DNA of 64,000 nt, taken from the NCBI GenBank assembly GCA_951406725.2, contig OX597819.1, positions 22,382,001 to 22,446,000 on the forward strand, given 5' to 3'. The DNA comes from Octopus vulgaris (taxonomy: Eukaryota). Shown here piece after piece: positions 1 to 13,003 of this stretch; within the stretch, counting starts at the first letter, position 1; the number at the start of each line of letters is the position of its first letter. The notes beneath the pieces are model-generated. The model ran no database searches, was not told the DNA's origin, and saw only the letters and a program-made list of their open reading frames with translations. Made by a program: the position numbers and the translations under genes.

Positions 1-260
1 TTAATGAATATGCAGATGTTCTGGAATTTTTAATTGAAGAATACTGTGAAAGGATCACTCATTTCAGGACCATGGTATTTCACTGAAATATTTCAACGAT
101 GTCTGCAAGGCTTCTAAGGAGTTGCAGCTGGAATTAATTGAGCTCTCAGAAGATGACATTTAAAAGTCGTTATTTAACGCTAAAAAGTATTCAGCTGTAG
201 TAAGGAAATGCAGTAGAATACTCCCATGTATAAGCTGAGCTCCATCTACGAACCTCAATG
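1..260 (+). mobile_element. hAT-type (GTF2IRD2/Charlie-like) transposase remnant, 3' part; second copy of 34545-34830
   Basis: Alignable by eye to 34545-34830 (tgcag.tgttctgga...gaagaatactgtgaaa...aaagtcg.tatttaacg.taaaaag...gtagaatac), which lies in the hAT-like remnant at 33500-34860. Confidence 0.5.
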
Positions 261-2819
261 TTACATTTTAAAAATATTTAAATACTATTTTCAAATTTAT
301 CACTACACTTTAGTACTGTGATTTATTACAAAATATGGATTTAAAAAATAATGTAACTGTTGTTGCGGCTTTGTTAATTACGATTAAACTCTTGGTGATC
401 TCGGTAGATTACTAAAGAATAAGCATTCTAAGTTATGCTTAATCGAAGCTTAGATACATTACATCACTATAATTAATTACTTACTCATGATATTAAACAT
501 TTTGATATGAATTAACTTTATTACAAAATAATTAATAAAAGAATATAATTAATAATTTAATTAGTTGAATGTTTTTCTAAATAGTTCATAAAGAAAGAAA
601 AAGGAAAAACAACAGTTCACAAAGAGTAAATAAAAATATATAGTTCCAGGTAGAAAAAAATTCTGGCCACAATGGTACACCGGCCCTATTCTCGATCCCG
701 ACTCCTTTGCAGCTCTGAATTTGATGGCAAAATCCAGTTCTTTGCTTGTAACTAAGCAAAAAAAAAGTCTCTTCAAATCCATAAATTTCGAAACCTCTTA
801 GTTTGTTTGAAAACAACAATAATTCTTCTCAATTTTTCTCCACTGTAGAAAATCAACAATTTACTTAAAAAAATTACGGCTTGTTTCTCCGGCTGTTCAA
901 ACAAGTTCACCGGCAACAAGCCACACACGCTTTGCTTGCAAAACAAGCAACAAATTCACTGCTAAAAGTAAGCGAAATTGCCCCAGAGCAGGGCAGAATA
1001 TACTGCAATAAAAATAAGGCAATAATTCTACCCAGCTCAGAAAAAAAAATCGCTCACCCTGACGTCGACCAGCTACACGTCTTCAATAAAGGCGGAAGAA
1101 AAATTGTTCAATCTTCGGAGGTAAAGACGCTCCCCCAAATAACGGTTCTCACAATTATTTTGAAATTCTTCATAAATGAACAAATTTTTAGTAGGTACGA
1201 TACTCCTCCAAGCAACAATTCTCATAATTAAGTGAGAAAAATAGTCACTCAACATAAACCGTTAACTAGGAAGACGAATACGCCCACAAACAAAATTCTC
1301 ACAATTAAGCAAGAAAAAAATATTCGCTCCATTCAGGCAGAACCTGAATTCTGAAGCCAGTAGGACTTCCTGGTTTGCCTGTAAAAAAGAATTCTCAACA
1401 AAAATTCCCACTGGACCCATAAAACAGAATCGTACCTTACAATGGAGCTTCAAAATTTTTCATTTCGAGACGGCTTCAAAAGTATGTCTCACTGCTTAAG
1501 TGCCAAACACAACAGACTCGCACATGCGCAGAAGCAACCTTCTTGGATAAGCAAGCTACTTACCACACAGCTACTCCTGCGCCTATACATACATACATAC
1601 ATATATATATATATGTGTATGTGTGTGTGTGGGGGGGGAGGAATGTGTACATTCCATGCATACTGGAAATGAGAGCAACGACATATTCAGAGTTCGAGAA
1701 CAACTGCGAGAGTACCCTGAAGATACAACACATCCTAACCAACGAAAGCTGGATTAACCTAAGCACAAGCTTGGGGGGGGGGGCAGGAAGCATACCACCA
1801 AAATGAGATGCATGGGTATATATCCTGTAAGGTAGAGTATAAGGAGAGTATTGGCAGGAAAGACAGCCTCATTTTCACCTGTCATAGTTACATTATATCT
1901 CACCTAGGAAGATATGTTTTTGTGCTAACGAAGAACAGGAGAGAGCTATTAAATACCTCATTACAGAAAGAAACACAAAATTAATACCAAAATCTCATGC
2001 TGAGACAGAAAATATCGGCTCGCCTATACCAGTGCAGCTGTCCCACAATGTCTACGAGATACTACCCAACCCATTTCCTGCTCTATGTCTCAATAAACTC
2101 TCGTATTCCATGGTGCTTATAGATTTCCTATCCAATTTGATCCATTATTTTTCAGTTTTGTAAACCTATCCCTGCCAAGGACTTCACCTTACTTCCTTTC
2201 AGGCTCATTATATCACACTTCGAGATTCCGAATTCCATCGTAATATCCGTGAACTATGTTTACCAAAGACCTCGCTTGTACTTCATCCTTTCCATACTAC
2301 ATAAAATCATCAATGAAAAGGAGATGGTTGACTCTCTATGTTTTCTTCTTTAACTGATATCCATGATTCACTTTCCTCGTCACCAAATCACAGGATTCAT
2401 GCAAGGTGCAAAAAAGAAAAGGAGATAAACTATCTCCTTGCTGAGACATCCTTGTGTCTGGCATTAGTTATTTGAAATGTGATGTTTTAGAAACTGAACT
2501 GGCAAGACAATTAAAACTCTTGAAATGTGGGTCGTCAAAAACGTGACGTAGCTCTATATGCGCATATGTATCTATCTGTCGATTGATCTCTCTTGGATAT
2601 TATCTATTCTATCGCGTCGATCGAGGCAACTTTTGTTTAGTTAGATTATTAAGTTCAGATGTAGTAGAAGACACCGCTGTTTGCACTTCTCTACGAGCCA
2701 TAAAATATCTTTAGTTCTCAGCAAGTGTTTTATGAAATGTCATTATTATCAAATTCATGTTTGGGACTGAAATATATTGTCACCAGCTGTTTACTAGTGT
2801 TGGAGGTGTTAAATTCACT

Positions 2820-2852
2820 TATAAATACTCATCGCTTTCGCATTCTTCATTC
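2820..2852 (+). promoter_or_regulatory. Core promoter of gene A: TATA box plus initiator
   Basis: TATAAATA at 2820-2827 and TCATTC (Inr-like) at 2847-2852 with its A 29 nt after the first T of the TATA box; same spacing in the paralogous block at 39022-39054. Confidence 0.6.
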
Positions 2853-2889
2853 TTTTATATTTCTTCACAGCATTGTCCTTTTCGTATAC
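2849..2889 (+). other. Gene A putative non-coding exon 1 (5' UTR)
   Basis: Starts at the Inr A, ends at a consensus donor TAC|GTAAGT (GT 2890-2891); conserved at 39051-39091. The first coding exon is preceded by an acceptor (ttccag|atcaatATG), so an upstream exon is required. Confidence 0.6.
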
Positions 2890-3206
2890 GTAAGTGAACT
2901 TCTAAAAGTATCTTATTTTTCTAATGGAATTTCTATGAAATATCTAAACGAATGTTTTGCAATATAACTCAGATATGATTTTAAAAACTGAATTTGTTCG
3001 TCAATGTTTTCTTATAGAACATAAAATCGGAAACGTGTCCAATATAAAGATATCTGTCAATGTGTTGATTTGATTCTTTTGGTAAAGAAAAAAAATATAA
3101 AGTCGAAATCTAGACAAATTGTACTTTCTGTTTCTGTGTGTGAATATATGTCTGTGTTCGTTTGTATCTATACATGTAAGTATCCATCCATCTATGTATA
3201 ATCTAT

Positions 3207-4690
3207 CTATCTTTGGTTTCTTTGTATCAATCCCAGAATTTTATTGCCTATATCATAAACTGACTTTTTAAGGGTCAGCCAATCCTCCCCAACATCTGCA
3301 GCATTCATTTCCTCTCGTAAAGTTCTCTTCACACTATTACACCTAAGACGATCAACACTCAGTCTTTTAGGCAGGGTAATCCCTGCAGCTCGGATTTTAT
3401 GTTTTGTGACTAATTTCACTTTTGTACGTACTAGGCGGTGGTCAGTCCAACACTCAGCTCCACGAAGAACACGAACACACTGCACATCCTGCCTGTCACG
3501 CACCTGTAATCCGGAATATGCCATTCTTTAGATGCAAAGTGCATCCATGTGGTCTTGAATTTATTCTTTTGCTGAAGCATGGTATTGGTAACACACAGAC
3601 GCAGCTTCTCACACATCTGCAGCAAAAGCATGCCATTACTATTATACTTTCCCACCACATGCTTTCCAATTATAGTCCATGTGTTAAAATCCCTACCCAC
3701 TCTAGCATTAAAGTCACCCAGTACGATGACTTTGTCTGCCCGAGGGATATTTCTTATAATGCCCTTCAAAGCTTGGTAGAAAGAAATTTTTTCGTCATCA
3801 GTATAGCACATAGTTGAAGCATACACACTCACCAAGGTCACATAATTTCCTTTAACCAAAGGAATTCTCATGGACATAAGACGCTCGATAATTCCGACTC
3901 GGAATTCCTCCAACTTGTCCACAAGAGTAGTCTTAACAGCAAATGCCACTCCAGCCGCTCCTCTAAACTCTTCATTCCTCCCTTTCCAAAAGAATGTATA
4001 TTTTTCACAAGATTCTGTAAGATGACCATCTCCGGGTAATCTCGTTTCAGATAAAGCAACGCTGTCAAGATCATAGCGTTGAAGCTCCTTCGCAACAAGG
4101 GCAGTCCTTCGTTCGGGACATTCAGAGGACTTGCTGTCAAGCAGTATCCGTACATTCCAGCAGCCAATATTCAATATTTCATTTGGTTCTATCACAGTAG
4201 CATGATGACGGCCGGGTTCAAACTGTGATGCTCTGGAGCCCCTGTCGGGCCAGACTCCTTCATCTGATATGGTTCCAGAGTCCTAACTGCCATTTATTTA
4301 TATACTGTTTTGGTACATCATTTGCTTTTTAAGGCTGTAGACAGCCATTCAGTTGAGGCTCACAGCACTATCAACAATCATGAATTTGTTAATCAATTTA
4401 ATCAATCAATCAACGTTGTTATCGTGCAATGCCTGTGTAAGAAGATTTTTTTAAAGTGAAGAAAGGCTGTGCACTGAGTCAATCCCACTCACTAAGCAAC
4501 AGCAGCCATAATCCGGAAAGAAGAACAAGTCAACATCATCGGTAACCACTGAGTTGCAGGTTTTATGTCGGAGTTATCCCAGTTACCTGAGTTACCTTCT
4601 TCTAGAAGGATACCCTAACAAAGGCTAGGAGTCCTTCACTCCCAATGGTTTAACCGCACGATCGGGTATTCAGTCCGATTATTTCTATGT
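3207..4690 (-). mobile_element. RTE-clade non-LTR retrotransposon, 5' UTR plus APE endonuclease, frameshifted and truncated
   Basis: ORFs 3431-4195 and 3207-3524 carry APE motifs (NIGCWNVR, ALSETRL, VLGDFNARVG, CWTDHRLVR); upstream 4400-4690 matches 22240-22550 in opposite orientation. Confidence 0.85.
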
Positions 4691-5314
4691 CCCCGCGCAT
4701 GATATAGCCTTAATTTGGATAAAATTGATATAAGGAGAAGAAAAAAAACATTGAAATACAAAATATACATAAAATATATGATGTGAAGTATATATAAAAT
4801 TTATATAATGAGCAAGCTATAAAAACATACAATATATAAAAATTAGTGAGAAAAAGGCAGATATACAGTAAACATATGATTACGCATTTATTGGATGGCC
4901 ATTGACTCTCAAGAGTTCCTCCGCCCTTTCACGGGTTTTGTTTTTCATCCCGCAGGGTGTCCAATAAGCAATAAAGAAATGGGGTTGGAGTTATCTGTTC
5001 CCTTAGGTGTTTTCGCTCAATAAACACTCACAAGGCCCGGTCTGGTAATCGAAACCGCGATCCTACGAAATATCCCTCGGGCAGACAAAGTCATCGTACT
5101 GGGTGACTTTAATAAGGAAATGGGGTTGGAGTTATCCTGTTCCTTTGAGTAAGGGGAGACAAATCTGTGGATTTTATGCTCTGTATTTGGGATGATGGAC
5201 ATTTTGTCATACAGGATGCTTATATCAGTGAATGCGCTGTTCCTCTTCTTCCTTGAAATAGAAAGCAGTTACCAGTTCTGTTACGTTAAATTACATTTGT
5301 ATTTCCAGATCAAT

Positions 5315-5384
5315 ATGACACGACTACTTCCTTCTTGTTTGCTGATTTTGGTTGCATTAAAAGATGTTATGTCAGGAGACCCAA
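5315..5384 (+). CDS. Gene A coding exon 1: signal peptide MTRLLPSCLLILVALKDVMSGDP of a secreted Cys-rich protein
   Basis: Acceptor ttccag at 5303-5308, ATG 5315, basic then hydrophobic N-terminus, phase-1 donor CCAA|GTAAGT at 5385; paralogous exon at 48222-48294 with the same boundaries. Confidence 0.85.
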
Positions 5385-5427
5385 GTAAGTTTCCTTTCAT
5401 ATATGAAAATATATTTCCTAAGCAGTC

Positions 5428-5500
5428 GGAGGTATAGCTCAGTGGGAGAGCATTCGACTGCATATCGAGGGGTCCCCGGTTCAATCCCGGCTTCCCTCCT
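5428..5500 (+). pseudogene. tRNA-Cys(GCA)-derived sequence, probably a SINE head
   Basis: GGAGGTATAGCTCAGTGGGAGAGCATTCGACTGCATATCGAGGGGTCCCCGGTTCAATCCCGGCTTCCCTCCT closely follows eukaryotic tRNA-Cys; anticodon GCA 5460-5462; A and B boxes present; T at position 37 and mismatches in T and acceptor stems; continues into a LINE-like tail. Confidence 0.75.
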
Positions 5501-6025
5501 CTTCGGCTCGGAATTTATTCCTAAATGTTTATCAGCGGTGGTGCTCCAGCATGGCCGCAGCCTTCGGGCTAAAACATTTTTAAGGATTTAAGGATTTAAG
5601 CACAATGTTTACACATATGAATATATATATGAATAACCACACACACTCACACACGCACATATGTAAATGAGTAACGAAGATGTTCAGTTATCAACCCATT
5701 ACGGCCGTTTCAAGCAACCCTTTTATTTGATTAATAAAAACATTAAAACATTTCAAAGAAGCCGTTCTTATCAGATGACCGCTTAGACTTCAAACATAAA
5801 GGTTACAACCACTGCTTTAAAATATTCGCAAGAATAATGGAACACAAAACATGTACAGTTTCTCTGGTAGTATGAATTTAGAAAGTAATGCATAACTTGT
5901 CAAGTGTACAATAATTTAGAGAGGGAAAGCAGCAGGAATACATGTTGATATTAAATTGTTTTGAGCGGATTATACCAACAGAACGAAGTGGCTTAATCTC
6001 AGTACCCAATTTATCGGAATCTTAA

Positions 6026-6475
<450 letters not shown>

Positions 6476-6489
6476 CATATACATATATA

Positions 6490-7125
6490 TAATTTCAGGA
6501 AAACAATTTAGATTCAAATGAATATGGTACTTAACTTAGATGCACCAGAATTTTTTTATGGTATTACCCATAAAATTATGTGGGGTGATTATAACCAAAA
6601 CATAAGCAACAAGAATTGATCGGTAATTTAGTACAATTGTTTCATACTATAACAAATTATTAAAGCTGCAAATATTACACCAAATATAATATGTCAAGTA
6701 ATCTCCAACTAATTTCATATAGGTTTTCCAATAATGTAAGGTTCTCAAATCAATTAGTAACATCTTAGATAAAGTTGTAGATGTGAGTTCCAGGGACTTG
6801 AAGCAAGATGCCAAGCAAACCATATATGCTTTCCAACAATGTAAAGTTCTCAAATTAATTAGTGACATCCCAGAGAAGGTAAATATACTCATAAAGTTGT
6901 GGATATAATTTTCAGGAAACATGAAGAAAGATGCCAGTCATGTCACTAATTAATTTGAGAACTTTACATTATTGGAAAGCCTATATGAAATTAGCTGAAG
7001 ATTACTTGACATACTATATTTGCTGTAATATTTGCAGCTTCAATAAATTGTTATAGTATGAAACAATTGTACTAAATTACCGATCCATTCTTGTTGCTTA
7101 TTTTTTGGTTATAATCACCCCATTC
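6490..7125. repeat. (TA)n-flanked element with ~180 bp inverted arms
   Basis: 6582-6763 is the diverged reverse complement of 6940-7121 (ggggtgattataacc...aattagt.acat vs atgtcactaatt...ggttataatcacccc). Confidence 0.75.
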
Positions 7126-7155
7126 ATATATATATATATATATTCATACATATAC

Positions 7156-7188
<33 letters not shown>

Positions 7189-7329
7189 TACACACACACA
7201 CATATATATATATACATATATATGCGCGTGTGTTGTATAAGATAGAAATTATGGTGGGTGATTACATGAGAAGGAAAGAACTAAGATAAAGAAACAGATT
7301 TGTTTTACAAGACTAAAAAATATATTTTT

Positions 7330-8972
7330 CAATATTATACAACATTTGATCTTTTTTTTGTTCCAACATAATAACCAGTTTCGCTAACGCTTTTCAAAGT
7401 TTGAAAATTAGTTGCAATTCTGAATTTTCACTATGGATTTATATTTAAGTCTAGCTTATATATTTCGACAAATGATGCCTCTTTATTTAGTTGTACTTGT
7501 GTTGAGGTCTAAATATCAAATTGATATAATGAAAAGATGAGGAAATGTGGTTGTAATTGTTCTGTATATCTGTAAATGTTTTCACTGACATATTTCTGGC
7601 AGTATTGTGGGGAAGATATCTGTTGTCTGTGCACAGCACATCTCCTTCGGATAGACATTCGTGTCGGCCCTATATAGTTTTTATGACCGCTGGAACATCA
7701 GATTACGTAAATGAGGTTTTCAGAGGCGCAAGTGAAGTTGCATTTAAATTTGAATTTTTGACCTTGTCTAAAATGGAACTCTGATCCTTCCAAAAGATTG
7801 GGATATATTTCGCTGTTAGGATGATCTCATTTTTCCTCTTGCGTCTGTTATTTTGAAGTATAATTTAGCATTTGCGAGAGGTTTCTTTAATGTCTTTAGC
7901 TGTTTACTGCTTTTACTATTTTATGGATACGTACAATTTCCTGCAGTTCTTATGGGGTATTGGGAGATTTTGGACAATGATGTAAAACGCTTCTTTGTTT
8001 CTGGGGTTGTTTTCAGAGTAGGTGTGTTATTTTCTTCAACTTTTCTAAATGTTTTATGTCAATCGATTTTGCACGTTTAATCTCTTCATTTATGAGTTGA
8101 ATTGGGCAGTGTTTGTCTTTGAGTACATTTTTAATCTTAGAGTACGCTTTGTCTTGGAGTATGGTTGCAGTCTTAGCTCTCTGGTATTTATTCGGACACT
8201 ATGTTGCAACTCCTACTTGCAAAACTGAAGTGGATATGTCTCGGCTGGCATGATCTAAATAATAGGTATTGTTTAGTGTATGTAGTTCTGTAGAATATGT
8301 GCGTTTCTGTATTTTGCTTTTTGTTTCAACCAATATGTCAAGGAATGTGATTTCCTCTTGGTTGTGTCCCGTTTTAAATTTTATGCTGCTGTTAATGCTA
8401 TTGAGGAGTCTTTTGAACTTCAGGAGATTATGTTTTCATTCAAACGATGAAGCAATCGATGAAAACTCTTTTCCAATGTATTTTTACGTATAGCGAGAGA
8501 GGGTTTCTAAATTTTGAAAATGGCTCCTGATATAATATTATTTCTAAATAGTATATTGCTAGATTTGCAATAGTCGGGGTCGCCTTGGTTCCGCTGGCAA
8601 TTCCGGATTTTTGGCGATAAACAGTTGTGACAATGGTTGTTTTGAAGGATGAATTTTATTGATTCGATCATGAAATCTTTGTTGATCCATTGTGGTATTT
8701 CTTCTGGATACTTGACCAGCCAGAACCGGATCGCTCCTATTCCAAATGTATGGGTGTATATTAGTGTACAGGTTTATCACATCACATCAAAAAATGTGTG
8801 TTTCGTCCTTAACCTTTTCTGGTAGGTGATTTAACATTTCTAAATCACACCTAATATAATTTTTGCTGTATTTTAGAAATGGTATCACGAAGATGTACAT
8901 GAGGCAACTTAATCGATGTGTTTCACAGGATGGTCCAGCAATAATGGGTCGTCATGTTAGGTCTCCTGGAGC

Positions 8973-9018
<46 letters not shown>

Positions 9019-9560
9019 TTATACCGTTGGTGAATTTTTGAAGGCGTCGTTTATAGTTTGGCTTCTGTGAATTTCCGGTAGACCATAGAATAGGCTGGGT
9101 TTACATTTAAAGCTTGTTAAATAATCGATTTCTCTTTTGTTGTGTTTTTCCGTGGGTTTCGATTTGGGAAAAATGTTTAATCATTATTTGTTTTTATAGG
9201 TGAGGGAGTAATCTTTGTTTTTTTTTGTGGTGTTAGTCATTATTTAACATGGATACTACCAGATTCTTGTAGTAAAATCTTTCTGTGGTCACTACAACAC
9301 TCACTTTATCCGATTCTTTGATTGTTATCTCTTCATTGTTTACAGTTCACTTCGTACTTTCCATTTGGTGGCGCTGAAGTTTGAAATGATCTTTTGTTTA
9401 TGCAAAGTGTGGTGGGAAACATTTTCGATTTGGTTGCAGTATTCATCAAGATATTTATTTTAATTTAATTTTATTTATTCCTTTTTATTTCTGTATGTTG
9501 GATGTTTTCGCATCTGTTCTTGTCTAGTAAATCATCTTCACTTTTATAATTGGCCATTGT
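7330..9560 (-). mobile_element. Penelope-like element remnant (RT region, degenerate), interrupted by (TA)n
   Basis: Minus strand near 8960-8905 reads RPIIAGPSCETHRLS, typical of Penelope RT; ITFLD-type motif near 8350; similar to the remnant at 26760-28120; relic hammerhead motif at 7372-7400. Confidence 0.7.
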
Positions 9561-9745
9561 TGCTCACGTTTCGAGTATATCTCTTCGCTGGAAAGAGGAA
9601 TGTCCAAAGAGGAAGAATGAACACACATATACGCGTAAGTACGTTCACTTCCACATATACTCACATCCACATAGACAAATACCCCACCACATTTAGTAGC
9701 ACACGCACATACGCTATTATACTATCATACATACACACGCTACCA

Positions 9746-9781
<36 letters not shown>

Positions 9782-10079
9782 TACCGCCCATCTACAGCAT
9801 TTCTTGTCCCAGAAACCACTTTCTCCTTCTCCTTCCAATTTCGCTGAGTTCATAAAAACTAATCGCATGTGAAATGTTCGCGATTTTTCCTTATCTTACT
9901 GTCTTTTCTGTTTGGACTTTCCTGTGTCCCACTTAGAGCTATGTTCGAAATATAAGTCTGGCAGCATTTTATTATTTTTTTACGTAAGTAATCTAGTTGA
10001 TTTTTGTCTATCTTGGTTTTTATCCAATTAGTCCTTGATGCTTGATTTTATGCAGTTACTAACAAACTTTCTGTTTCCC

Positions 10080-12290
10080 TTTTCAGCTTTCCTATCTGCA
10101 ACCATAGCCATGTCTTAGTACAACTATTTTCTTCAACTATGTTTGGGAATCTACCATGCAATGCCTCCTCCTGGTTTTTAAGTTCGTTTCACTCTTTGGT
10201 TTTCCTATGTCTTGTTGTGACTCTAGCGGCTTTTAATAAACTTTCTTCGCTATTACCTACATATGAGTCTATATCTACTGTAGCTAACTCCACGTAGTAT
10301 TCTACTGATAGTCACATTCTTCCGGCTTTCTTTCTCTGTAAGTATAATCTTACTACTCCTGCCTTTGGTTAGAGACCTCCATTCATGCTGAATTCCTTCC
10401 CAGTTTTCTCTCTGACTTTGCTAATTCAGGTTTTATCTAGATTCGGACCATTTAGCTTTGTCTTCATAAGCATCCTCACACACCTGATGTACTCCTTCAT
10501 AATTTTCGGTTTCATTGCTGCAGTTAGTACCCTGTCAGAAATCCAATAGTCATTGATGTCTTCGCTCTTGACTATCTGTCCCCTTCTCCTGATTAATATT
10601 GCGCTCACATCTATGCCAAGTTCCATGTTTATATCTTTGCTGGAGAGTCTCACAGTCTGTATTAAAGAATGGATCTCTTCTTCATTCTCACTAAAATGCT
10701 TCAGACCATCCATGTAAAGCAAATGGTTATTTGTTTTCCTTACTATATCTGAACTGATACACTGCCTTTGCCTTTCTTAATAGTAAACTGGGGTGGATCA
10801 AACATAAAACGAATATTAAAGGGAACAATGCTCCCCCCGCCTAGAAAATTACTCGTTTGATACTAACTTTCCATAACATTGTGTCACCTGAGTGGAGATA
10901 AACTTTCCATTTCTTCACACTACAGCTAATTTATTAATTTATTCCATTGTTGTCTGAAGTACTGAATATACTCAAAAATGTATTAATCTATGAGTGTGGA
11001 ATCATTTTATACACCTTTTGTAATCTATCCATGTTATTGTTAGAGTGTTCCTTTTAGCTTTTACTTCATTCAGAACTGCTTTATCATTGTATAATAGATC
11101 ATGCGTTCTTCTAGACATCTTTCCGTTCTGCTGGCAGTAAATTCTGGCTGTGAATGTGCTGGTAAATGCTTCCTGAAAGAGTTCCTCTGCGGCTTCCGCA
11201 CTAATGGTAAGCAAGTGGTTGGTCTACAGTTGCCAGCTGTATTACCCTTGCTCTTGTCTTTCATGAGGAATATTGTTCTCCATCTAGTCATCCAATCTGG
11301 TATTATTCCTCTATTAAGGGGATCTTGAAGTTGTTCCCCCAGCCCCCTATGTCAACAACTAAATTTTTTAGCCAATATGCTTGAACTAAATCTGATACTG
11401 GGCACTCCCAATTCGTCATTTTTCCTAACACTTTACTCATGAATGAACTAGTTACTCTTTGATCTGGCTGCTTCTCATATACTAATTATTCCCTCAGTTT
11501 CTTTGACTATACTGCATTTCCATTATAATTGACTGGCTCATCGAAAATATTATTTCTGAACATTCTATCTTCGTCTGCATTAGCTATCTCATCTTCAATA
11601 CTTTGTTTTCCAATATTTATTTGCTTATAGAATCTCCTCTGGTCTTTCCCAAATAATCTACTGTGTTCGTATAGATCTATTTTTTCTGGTATCTGGAGAG
11701 CTTGTCTGCTACTGCTACTGATACTGCTATGATACGCTATTTCATCGCATCTTTTACTGTGCCAAATCCTTTGTCTTTGACTATGTATCGTTTCTCGAGG
11801 CGGTTCAATGGTGGGTCTTTCTTCCCACATCGGTAACCCATCTTAACTTTCCTAAGGGTCATTGTTATAGGTATTAGTGGAATTACAAATAGTAACGGAG
11901 AAAACGAATCACATTGGAAGATTGCCCCTTTAATATTAACTGCTCCAAGGAATACATTACTTGAGTACAGTTTGGTTTTGTACTCTTTCATGATAAGCAT
12001 CACAAAATTTGTGATATTGTCAGCAACAACAAACATCTGCAGGCATTCAACGATCAACGAATGACGCATCATATGATATGCCTTCTTGAAGTCAATATAA
12101 GCCATAGACATGTTTGTATAATGATTTATACAACGCCACAAAATTGTTTTATCGATGACCAGGTGATCCTTGTAACCATGAGACCTCTTCCCTTAGTAGT
12201 ATTTCTTCCTGTGTCAGAAAAGTATGTCTTTGTCGTACATATTCCAGTGAGTATCTTCCAGATTATGTTTAGGCATGCTAGATTCCCATA
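10080..12290 (-). mobile_element. Degenerate R4/Dong-type (RLE) LINE fragments
   Basis: ORF pieces with RT motifs (NCRPTTCLP, WIDYK, YIDFKKAY, GAIFQCDSFSPLLFV, LYMDGLK) similar to the near-intact element at 56088-60052; at least two nested fragments. Confidence 0.8.
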
Positions 12291-12399
12291 ATCCCGGAAT
12301 ATATCGTGACCATTGGACCAGCTGTTTGGCCATCAGTGAGGAACAGACAGACTGACTGAAATTACGTCCACTATAGTATAATTATCAATAATAATATTG

Positions 12400-12512
<113 letters not shown>

Positions 12513-12574
12513 TAAATAATAATAATAATAACAATAATAATAATAATAACAATAAATAATAATAATAATAAATG

Positions 12575-12918
12575 GTAGATTCCCATAATAATCCCCTTTC
12601 ATCTATCTTTCCCTTTAAATGTCACCATCCACGCAGGGAATGCACCTTTCTGCACCGCGTGGCATGTCTTCAGCCAGAAATCATGAATCCCATCCGGTTC
12701 GAGGGCTTTCCAGTTGCTCTTTCACATCCCTCGTGCTTATGACAATATTTGTTTCTTTCCTCCTTGTAATTCTATATTGATAGTTCTTATCCACATTGTA
12801 TTCCCTTTATGCACCACATTGTTTCACCATAACCCATTTCTTCTGAACAAGTACAGCCTACCGGTGTCACGCTTAGGGTGGAAAGCTCTGTGTACTCTCA
12901 CCATTTTCTTCGTCTTTG

Positions 12919-12920
<2 letters not shown>
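12575..12920 (-). mobile_element. R4/Dong-type LINE fragment
   Basis: Minus strand reads KTKKMVRVHRAFHPKRDTGRLYL (cf. HHPKADVDRLYL in the near-intact copy); flanked by (TAA)n. Confidence 0.6.

Positions 12921-13000
<80 letters not shown>

Positions 13001-13003
<3 letters not shown>

Noticed and set aside
560-1460. Cluster of short ORFs as a host gene
   Set aside because: No recognisable domain or consistent frame; not shared with the duplicated unit; likely a decayed repeat I cannot classify.
5192-5437. 81-aa ORF as a single-exon gene
   Set aside because: Only 5315-5384 is bounded by splice sites and conserved in frame in the paralog; the rest is intron and SINE.
5428-5500. Functional tRNA-Cys gene
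   Set aside because: Pyrimidine at position 37, mismatched T and acceptor stems, no immediate poly-T terminator, LINE-like tail and apparent TSD; better explained as a SINE head or pseudogene.
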